From a virus, in IMG/VR virus record IMGVR_UViG_3300045988_163643, positions 128,001 to 192,000 of that record: a DNA stretch of 64,000 nucleotides; one strand, 5' to 3'. Shown here one piece after another: positions 7,974 through 17,900 of this stretch (positions are counted from its first letter, which is position 1; each line of letters starts with the position of its first letter). The notes beneath the pieces were generated by a model, which searched no databases, was not told the origin of the DNA, and saw only the letters and a list, made by a program, of their open reading frames with translations. Both the position numbers and the translations under genes were made by a program.

Positions 7974-10900
7974 TTGAGTCAATTTGATATAAGAATTGGT
8001 ACGCAACTAGATACTAGTAAAGCGTTACAAGAATTAATGGAATTTGTCAAAAAATATGACAATAAAGAAAAGATAAATATAGACATAGGTCAATCAAAAG
8101 GTGCTAATAATGTAAAGAATACAACTAAAGCTATGAAAGAAATGCAAAAAATAGCTAAGGCATTAGGAAATACAAAGATTGACGTAGGTAGTAACATAGG
8201 TAAAGCAACCAATGAAGCTACTAAATCATTAGAAAATAGCATAGACAAACAAGCAAAATCTATTGCTAAAATAACTAGTGGTGCACAAAGAGATTTAACT
8301 AAAGATGCTCAAAAGGGTATTGAAAATAGTCTTAAAGGTATTACTACAGAAATGAAAAATACCCAAAGAAATGTTGACAAGATGATTGGTACTCTTGAAC
8401 GAGCTAAGAAGGTTGAGTTAATAGACCAAAAAGGTTTAGATGAAGGATTAGCTAAATTAAAAGATATGAAAGCTAACCTTAGAATAGACAATGTTGGTGA
8501 TGTAGAGAAAAAATTAGGCGAAGTAGCAAATGACTATAAAAGATTAATGTCAGATGCAACTAAAGAAGCATTTAATAATGTTGAAGTATCAGGATTATTA
8601 GAGGATTTAAAAGTTGTTAGAGAAGCTATGTCAGCTAAAAACATGGACTTAACTGGTGTTGATACTTTAATTTCTAAAGCTAAACAACTTACTTCTTTAA
8701 GTGTTGACCAAATGTTAAAACAATACAAAGAGTTAAGACAAGTATTTAGTAAAGAATTAAAGATACCATTAGGTTTAAATGGTGTAATGAATGCTGAAAC
8801 TGCAATTAAAAATGTTTTAGATTATAAAAACAAATTAACTGCTAAAATTTCAGTTGAAACAAATTCAGAGCAAGTAGATATTTTAAGAGATAAAATAGTA
8901 AGATGTGATGAAGTTGTTAAACAACTTGAAGGAGACTTAAATTTAGTAGGTAGAAGTACAGCATTAAACTTAATGGAACAATCCAATGAAAGAGAATTAG
9001 ATACATTAAGTGCTAAGTTAAAGAGATGTAAGAATGATTATGCTAACTTAGAAAAAGAAAGACAAAGATTAAATAGAGATAGTAGATACATTGGAACAGA
9101 AGATTTAAGTAATATAGAAAAACAATCATTAGCTATAAAGAAAGCTCTTGATAGTTTAAATGTTGGAAATTTAAATACAGATAAAATAAATAAAGTTACT
9201 GGCGATATAAATAATTTAAGAAAAACAATAGAATTAACTGGTAATTCAGCTAAAAAATTAGATATAGAAGCGACAGTTAAAGTAGATATGAAAACTGCTC
9301 AAGACCAATTAAATGGTATGTATTCTGCTTTAATAAAATCTAATAAATCCACTGTAATGGTTAAAAAATATAAAGATGAATTAGAAGGATTGTTTGATTT
9401 ATCTAAGGCTAATCCAGGTATAGCATTAGACAAAATAAGTGGTTTTATAGAAAAAGTAAATAAAGAAGCAAGTAATAAAGGTTTAGGCAAAATAACTGGT
9501 GGATTAGACCAATATAAACAATATTTAAAAGATTATGAAACATTAGTTAAAAAAGCTAGTGGCACTACAGATATTGGTTTTGCAAAAGCTTACAAATCAG
9601 AAGTTACACAAATAGAAAAGGCATTAGACCAATTAGAAAGTGGATTTAACCAAACTCAAAAATCTATGGCTAAAGCCTTGAGATTAGAATCACTTAATAA
9701 GAACACTCAAGAGTTTACTAATCAAGTTGAAAAATCTATTAAGAAAACTCAAGAATATAAAAAAGAGTTACAAACTCTTAATAAAGATGTAAATTTTGAT
9801 GGTCTTACTTCTAAATTAGGTCAAAAAGTCAAAGAAGAATTTGACGGAATGATTAATAAAACTAATCAATTAGAAAAAAGACTTAATAATATGTTGTCAT
9901 CTGGTAATGTAAATACTACTGAATTATCTAAATTAAAATCAGAACTTGAAAGTACTTTTTCTGGACTTTCTAAACTTAAAGATACTAGTATAAAAATTAA
10001 AACTGATGAAACTATATCAGGACTTAATAAAATCAAAAAAGATTTAGAATCATTAGGTCAAGATACTAGTCAAATAGAAAGAGTTATTAATGCATTAAAA
10101 GAACTTAAAGCTAATTTCAATGGTGGTACAGCAGGTTATAAAGAATTAGCTAATGGAATAAAGGCTATTGGAAAAGATAATAACTTAGAAAAACTAAATA
10201 GTTCTTTAGAAAAATCAACTAAAAAATTTAATAACTTAGCTAAAGTTGTCGGAGAACTAAAAGTTAAAAATATAGGTAATATAGACCAAGGTGCTTTTCA
10301 ATCTTTAGATAGTCAAGTTGCACGAATACAATCTCATATAGAAGGTTTAAATAAAAACGACATATCTTTAATAGATGTTAAAAAAGTTGAAGCAGAAGTA
10401 AATGAATTAAGCAACTGTGTAGAAAAAATGAGTAGTGAATTGACTCAGTATAGCAGATACTTAGAAGAATATAAAAGATTATCTAGTCAAGCAGGTAAAA
10501 CAAACGATGTTAATTTAGCTACAAAATATCAACAAGAAGCAGAAGGTATAAAAGGTGTATTAACTCAATTAGAGAGTGAATTTACACAAGCTCAAAAATC
10601 TATTGCTCAAGGATTAAAAACCGATGCTTTCTCTAATGCTAATGAAAAAATGTCTTCTGAAATTAATAAAACAATTAATACAGTTGATGGTCTTAAAGAA
10701 AAACTTAATACATTAGATAAAGATGTACATTTTGAAAATATGACATCTGAATTAGGTAAAGAATTAAATAGTCAATTTAATACTTTAGCTAACAAAGGTG
10801 AAGAATTAAAAGATAAATTAAGTAAAATATTAGCATCTGATAATGTAGATATTTCTGCTTTAAGTAAAATTAAAAAAGAAATAAATGAGTTTGCAAGTGA

Positions 10901-13089
10901 AGTTAATAATTTAAAAAATTCTGCAATGGATAATGTTATTAGAGAATCTTTTGATAACATTAAAATACCTAATTTAAATAAACAACTAGAAGCAGTTAAA
11001 GATTTAATGTCACTTAAAAATATGGATACTAGTGGTATAGATGCCTTAATAGAAAGAACTAAAAAACTATCAAGCTTAAGCGTAGATAAAATAGGTCAAG
11101 AATTTAAGGAAATACAAAATGCACTTGGTAAAGAAATTAATTTACGTTTAGGTACTAGTGGTATTAAAGATATAGAATCTGCATTAAAAGTCATATTACA
11201 ATATAGAAATGAATTAAAAAATAAAATAGCAATTGAAACAGATTCATCAAAAGTAAAAGACCTTAATAGTCAATTAGAAAAAACTGAAAGCATAATAGAA
11301 AAACTTAAAGGTCAAACTAGTGGTGGACTTGGTGCAAGTTTAATTAGTGATGCCAACAATAATAACTTAAAACAATTAGAAGATACTGCTAATGGATTAA
11401 AGAAAACATTCTCTAATTTGGAAAGTGAAGTAAATAAATTAAACAACGAAGCATTGAATAAGGTTGATATAAGTCAATTAAGAGAAATGAATGAAGTTGT
11501 TAATGATGTAAAGAGAAATTTGGCATCTATCGGAGAAGGAAATGTTAATGTTGATTCAATAAATAAAACAGCACAAGACATAGAAAAATTAAAGAGATTA
11601 ATAGAAAATACTAAAAAAACAATTAGTGATATGAAATTAGAAGTTTCATTTAATATTAAATCAAATGAAGCAGAACAATATTTAGCAGGTTTTGAATCAG
11701 CTTTATTGAGGTTAGGTAAATCAACTAGTGGAATAAATGCTTTAAAGAGTGAATTTGAAAGTATAAAAAATTCAGCTAATGGAAATTTAAGTAGTGCCAT
11801 AAAAATGATTGATGACTTTATTAATAAATTGAAACAAATGGGTAGCAAACAAGGTTTAGGTAATATAAGTGGTACTATGTCTCAGTACAAACAATATACT
11901 AGAGAATTACAACAAGCCATGAGTGGGGCGTTAAAATCTAGTGGTTCTGATACGGCTAAAGGATTCGAACAACAAGCCGAACGAATAAAAAGTGCCATAA
12001 AACGTTTAGTTTCAAGTTTCAAAGAATCACAAAGAGAATCAGCTAATGCTTTTAATGGTAGTACATTTAGTAATTTCTCTTCTAAATATGAAGCTGAAAT
12101 AAACAAAGTTGAAAGAAGTATAAATAAATTTAAATCATCAATGCAAAACTTAGATAAAGCTGTAAACTTCAAAGGTTTTCAAACTGATTTAGGAAGAGGT
12201 TTATCTGAACAATTTGACCAAATAATGGCAAAAGCTGAACAATTAAGAGATAGACTAAAAAGTGCATTATCATCTGGTACTTTTGATATAAGTGAAATAA
12301 ATAAAATAAAAGATGAATTAAAACAAGTTGAGCAAGAGGCAGATTCATTAAAACAAAAATCTATAGTATTAAAATGTGCTGAAAGTATAACAGAATTAGA
12401 AAGACTTAGCAGTAAGATAAAAGATATAGGTGGAGACACATCAAAAATAGAAGAATTAAAAAATAAATTTGTTACACTTGGTACAGGTATAAGAGAAGGT
12501 ACTACTGGAATAGATGATGCAATTTCTAAAATGAAATCTTTATCTTCGGAAGCACAAAGAACTGCTAGTTCTTTTGAATCAACTGCTGGTAAAATAGGTT
12601 CTTTTGGTTCTAAAATACAAGGTTTCTTTAGTTCTATAAAGAATTCATTTAGTACTTTTACTATTGGTAATTTAATGGCTGATGGTATAAGCCGAGCTGT
12701 TTATGAAATAAAAGATACTATAACAGGTTTAGATGAAGCAATGTCTGATTTTAAAAGAGTTGCTCCTGATAACTTTAGTTTAAATACATCTAATTTACAA
12801 AGTGTTGCTAACGAAGCAAGAGAAATAGGTATTAGTGTTGGACAATCAGTAGAAGATGTTATTACTGGAATGAGTACTGCATTACAAGCAGGTGCAGGCG
12901 ATATTAAAACTGCTTCTGAAATAGCAAAAAGTTCTGCAATATTCCAAAATGTTACAGATATGTCAGCAAAAAGTGCTTCAAAAGCTGTTTCTTCAATGAT
13001 AAATCAATATTATGATATGGATTCAGCATTAAATCAAGTTGACCACGGTGTAGGTAAATCCGTAAAAGGATACAACAACTTAACAGAGG
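7974..13089 (+). CDS. tail tape measure protein, exon 1 of 5
   Basis: TTG start lies 7 nt after GGAGGTGA. The sequence is a long coiled-coil-type protein. Its last ~150 aa begin the TP901/PhageMin_Tail-type core (..VANEAREIGISVGQSVEDVITGMSTALQAG..). Confidence 0.8.
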
Positions 13090-13303
13090 TAACATACAGC
13101 CTCCTATATTAAGTAATTAGTATAGAAAATTTCTTTAATTGCTGGAAACTCCTAAAGCCTTACAAACTACAACGTAGAGTTAAAACTCAAGCGTGAATGT
13201 GGCGAAAGCAGAAAAAATTGTAAGGATTACCCAAGGTTAAATCCTAAAGGTGAATGAATGGACAATCAGCAGGTAAGATTCTAAATTAAATTATTTTAAA
13301 TAT

Positions 13304-13332
13304 TTGACTTTTAATAATAAAATGAGTATAAT
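13304..13332 (+). promoter_or_regulatory. near-consensus sigma-A promoter TTGACT-N17-TATAAT inside intron M1
   Basis: Hexamers are at 13304-13309 and 13327-13332, 23 nt upstream of the endonuclease ATG. Confidence 0.6.
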
Positions 13333-13355
13333 ATAAGTAAAGTGAGGTGATTAAA

Positions 13356-14252
13356 ATGGGAAGAAAATGGGATTATGAAAAAGTTAAAGAATATATAGAA
13401 AATTTTAAATATAAATTATTAAGTGAGGAATACAAAAATAATAAAATTAAATTATTAATTAAATGTGATAAAGGACATGTATTTAAATGTTCATTTCATA
13501 ATTTTAAAGATAGAGACTCTAGATGTCCGTATTGTAATGGTAAAAAAATAACATATGATATGGTCAAGTTTTACATTGAATCTTACAATTATAAATTATT
13601 AAATGAAGATTATGTTGATAATTCTACTAAATTGTTAATAGAATGCGATAAAGGGCATACGTTTAAAATGCGATGGAATAATTTTCAACAAGGGCAAAGA
13701 TGTCCTATATGTGATAAAAGTCATAAAAAGAATTATAAAGATGTAAAAATAGAATTAGAAAAAGAAGGTTATGAATTAATATCGAGCAAATATAAGAATA
13801 GTAAAGAAAAATTATTAATCATGTGTCCTAATGGTCATACATATGAAACAAGTTGGAATAATTTTCAAAGAGGAAGAAGATGTCCAATGTGTAATATAAC
13901 AAAAGGAGAAAAAAAGATAAAAGAAATATTAGATAATAATAAAATAGAATATATGTATAATAAAAAATACTTTAAAGATTTAAAAGGAATAAATGGAGGA
14001 TTATTAAGACCAGACTTTGTAATACCATCATTAAGAATATGGATTGAATATGATGGTATACAACATTTTGAACCTAAAGATTTTGCTGGTAAAGGTGAAG
14101 AATGGGCTAAAAAAGAATTCGTTTTAAGAAAAATGAAAGATAAAATAAAAGATGAGTATGCTAAAGAACATGATTGGAAATTAATAAGAATACCTTATTG
14201 GGAATATGATAATATAGAAAACATATTAATAAAAGAATTAAATTTAAAATAA
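13356..14252 (+). CDS. intron-encoded putative homing endonuclease (3 zinc-ribbon modules + Vsr/DUF559-like nuclease)
   Basis: ATG 13356 follows GAGGTGA. Modules have the form LLI(K/E/M)C..GH..-x10-15-RCP.C. The C-terminus has RPDFVIP..IEYDGIQH..LIRIPYWE. Confidence 0.7.
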   Translation: MGRKWDYEKVKEYIENFKYKLLSEEYKNNKIKLLIKCDKGHVFKCSFHNFKDRDSRCPYCNGKKITYDMVKFYIESYNYKLLNEDYVDNSTKLLIECDKGHTFKMRWNNFQQGQRCPICDKSHKKNYKDVKIELEKEGYELISSKYKNSKEKLLIMCPNGHTYETSWNNFQRGRRCPMCNITKGEKKIKEILDNNKIEYMYNKKYFKDLKGINGGLLRPDFVIPSLRIWIEYDGIQHFEPKDFAGKGEEWAKKEFVLRKMKDKIKDEYAKEHDWKLIRIPYWEYDNIENILIKELNLK

Positions 14253-14431
14253 TTTAACAAGAATAAACTTCAACGACTAGAACGCAAGTTCGTAGGGTGT
14301 AAGCGATTGACACTCGAAATGGGAAACAATCAAAAACGGGTTGATGATATAGTCTGCTCTCATGGGAAACCATGAGCAGTTTTCATATAAAGAAAACGGA
14401 TTAAGTGTAGCGAACTTAATTGAACAAGAGG

Positions 14432-14578
14432 CAATGGACTTGGTCAATTATGCAGGCAATAATTTTGCGATTTCATCTGATGGTGTAACAGAAGCATTAC
14501 AACGTGGTGGTTCTGTATTATCTAACTATGGAGTAGATTTAAAAGATTCTATCGCAATGATAACTGGGGCAAATGAGT
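14432..14578 (+). CDS. tape measure protein, exon 2 of 5
   Basis: Encodes (A)MDLVNYAGNNFAISSDGVTEALQRGGSVLSNYGVDLKDSIAMITGANE, the typical central block of the tape-measure core domain. Confidence 0.75.
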
Positions 14579-14914
14579 TAAATATGGCTCTTTTATATAG
14601 TAATATATAATTAAATTTTCTTGAATTGACAGGGACTCCCTTAGAGCTTTACACACTAACTTATGATAGAAATATACATAAGGGCATTGCTAACCACAAT
14701 GATATAGTAAAAGAGGTAAAGATTGGGAAATCTGCATCTAAGATTCTAAGTTGTGTAAACAATATGAATAAAGTTCAACGACTAAGTATCCTAGTAGTCT
14801 AGGTAGTGGGAAACCTCCTATTGAAGGAGGAAGATATAGTCTCAACGTTTAGTGAAAGCTAAAGAAGTTCATAAGAGAACTGCGTAAGAATAACGAACTT
14901 ATGTGAAGATATTG
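14579..14914 (+). mobile_element. group I intron M2 (ORF-less)
   Basis: P1 is GAGU|UAAAUAUGGCUC with a canonical U at -1. P7 is CAACGACUA...GAUAUAGUC. The terminal hairpin has an AUAACGA loop. The 3' end is G14914 by homology, or alternatively G14908; both preserve the frame. Confidence 0.75.
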
Positions 14915-17900
14915 CATTACAAGACCCCGCTCGTATAGGTAATGGGCTAAAATCTATAGCAATTAACCTTTCAGGTATTAAAACAAATGCCAAAACAGGT
15001 GCTCTTGAATTAAATAAAACAGCAAAAGCATTGCAAGAGACTGCTAAAATAGATATATTTACTGATAGTACTAAAACACAAGTTAAAGATATCGTTAGTA
15101 TAATGGATGAAGTAAAAGATAAATGGTCTTCTTTAACTGATGTTGAACAAAAAGGACTATCAGAAGCTATAGCTGGAAAAACCCAAGCCGGTGTATTCCA
15201 AGCATTAATGACAGGTTGGGAAAGAGTTCGTCAATATCAAAAAGAATACAATGAAGGTTGGATGATAGGTTCAGCTCAAAGAGAAAATGAAGTCTTTATG
15301 GACTCCATTGCTGGTAAATTTAATACTTTAAAAGAAAATCTTAAAGGATTATTAACTAGCAATGTTACAACAGATATGTTTAAAGGACTATTAGATGGTG
15401 CTAATAAAGTAGTAGAAGCAGTAGGAAAAATAAGTTCAAGCTTAGGTAGCATTGGTTCTGCTGGTGCATTAGTAGGTATTTCATCTTTCATAAAAACTTT
15501 ATCAAATTTAGATAAAGTTAAAACAATGGGAAGTGTATTTACTGGATTTGACAAAGTTTTAGGTGGGTTACAAGGTGCATCTGGTATTTCTGGTACAATT
15601 AGTACATTAACAGGTAGCTTTAAAGAATTAGGTGTTGGTGTAACTTTATCTAAAGTAGCATTAGGATTATTTAAAGGTGTACTAATGGGTATTGCATTTA
15701 CTGCTGTTGTTGCAGGAATAAGTGCTTGTGTAAAAGCATGGAACGATTATACTCATGCAACAGAAAACGCAGTAAAGGCTTCTAAAGAAAGACAAGATGG
15801 ATATAGAGATGAAGCACAAACTTTAAGTACTAAAAAATCAAGCCTACAAGAAATAGCTAAAGAATATGATAATTTAAATAATAAATCTGATAAAACTGCT
15901 GAAGATTTAACTAAATTAAATGAATTAAAACAACAAATAGGACAAATAGCTCCTGACCTTGTTAAAGGATATGATTCAGCAGGCAATCCAATATTAAACC
16001 TTACTACTAGTATGCAGGGTTATATAGCTGAATTAAATAAGGCAATTGCTAAACAACAAGAATTATATAACTATGAAACTAAAAAACAAGCACGAGAATA
16101 TATGAAGAAAAATGACACTAAAAATGGAGCTCAAGACCCAGAAAGAAATTCTTATGAAACTGAATTAAATAATCTTCAAAGTGCAAATGATAGAAAAACT
16201 AGAGAAGAAAAAAGATATACTGGTAGCTTAAAAAATATTATTAAAGATAGAAATAAATATAGAGAAGACCAAGAAAAAAGTATTAATGAAAGATTAGAAA
16301 GAATTAGAAATTCACAAACAGAAATTAATAATAGAGATGCTACACTTGAAGATAATTATGTTAATGAATTTAATAAGAAAACTAAATTAGCCGAAAAAGA
16401 ACAAAATAAATTTGCTACCTTTATGAAAGGGTTAAATTGGGGTACTTATGGTGAAGCAGAAGCCAATAGAATGGCTAATGGTTTACAAAAATTATCTGAA
16501 AAGACAGCATTTACAACTCAAGAGATGACAAAAGGATTATCAGGTAGCATGTCAAAAAAAGTTTCAGAAGAAATTTCTAAAGTAAATGCAGAATTCAAAA
16601 AAACAAATGCTATAAATGAATGGGGAAAAGGTTTAAGAAAAATAGCTAATGAAACAGGAAAATTTGATTTTTCAAATTGGAGTAATTACTTATCAGAAGT
16701 CCAAACTCGTTTTGAACAAGGAGTAAGTACTAATGAACAATATACACATTCATTAGGAATTATGGCTGATGCTATGGAAGATTTAACTGGTATAGATTCA
16801 GATGTATTCTTACCAGCTTTAAAAGGTGGAGCAGATTTAGAAGAAGCCTTTAAATCAGCAACTGAAGGTTTAAATGGTTTTATGAGTGCTTATGGTTCTT
16901 CTACTGCAAAATTACAACAAGGTGATTCATTTGCTAAAAAATTAGAATCTCAATTTAAAGAACTTCAAAATTTTGAAACTGAATTTGAAGGTCAATATGA
17001 GATGCAAGGTAAAGTTAGTGTAGATTGGTTAGTAGAACAAAAAGATAATGAAGATTTACCTAAACAATTAAGAACAATAATAGATGCAGTAACAAAAGAT
17101 GGAGAAGTAACAGAAGTAGAAGAAAAATTAGTATTAGCTTGTGAAACAGAAATAAAAGATAAAGGTAAATTACAACAAAGTACAATAGATGCAATAAATC
17201 AAGTAATGGACGGAACTTGGGATGTAAATAAAACTATTGAAATAGGTGGTATGGAATTTACATCATCTGAAATAAAAGAATTAATGTCATTAGCTGACCA
17301 ATTAGGTATATCTTTAGAAGGTTTAAATATTGGTGATACAGGATTAGACGGAGAAAACCAAAAAGCTCAAGCATTAAAAGATACAATAGATTCAATTACA
17401 GATAGAAATATAAAAGTAGCAATAGAAGCTGAAGGATTTGAAAATTCAGACCAAGTTAATAATATAATGTCAGTTGTTGACCAAATAGACGGAAAACAAG
17501 CTAAAGTTGATTTTATAGCAGATGCTTCTCAATATTTTAAGGAAAATGATAGTGTTGAATCAGCAATAAATGCTATGCCTGATGAGATAAAACTTAAATA
17601 TAATATTGGTGTTGAAGGTGATGAAAGACTAGAAGGAATACAAAGTAGACTTGAAAAATTACCAAAAGATATTAGAACTATGGTATATGCTCAAACATAT
17701 GGTGTTGAAAATGTTGAAATGCTAGAAAACATAGTAGATGCTTTTGGTGGAAAAACTGCAACAGCAATATTACAGTTAGATGGTATAGATGAAGCTCTTA
17801 GAAATGCTAGTACATTTGAAGAACAATTAAAAATAATTGGAGATTTTATATGTCAACCTGGAGTAGAAATAGAAGGTAAAGATGACATAATTAAAACAAT

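Larger units (their letters stand above)
13090..14431 (+). mobile_element. group I intron M1 with endonuclease ORF
   Basis: P1 is GAGG(U)AACAUACAGCCUC. P2 is CUAUA..UAUAG. Internal helix is CCUUACAA/UUGUAAGG. P7 is CAACGACUA...GAUAUAGUC. The terminal GUAGCGA hairpin is followed by GAACAAGAGG. Confidence 0.8.

Noticed and set aside
14362-14610. Track ORF of 82 aa as an independent gene
   Set aside because: It starts inside the P9 region of intron M1, contains TMP exon 2 and ends in the P1/P2 region of intron M2. It has no RBS. Its middle is the canonical tape-measure core sequence.
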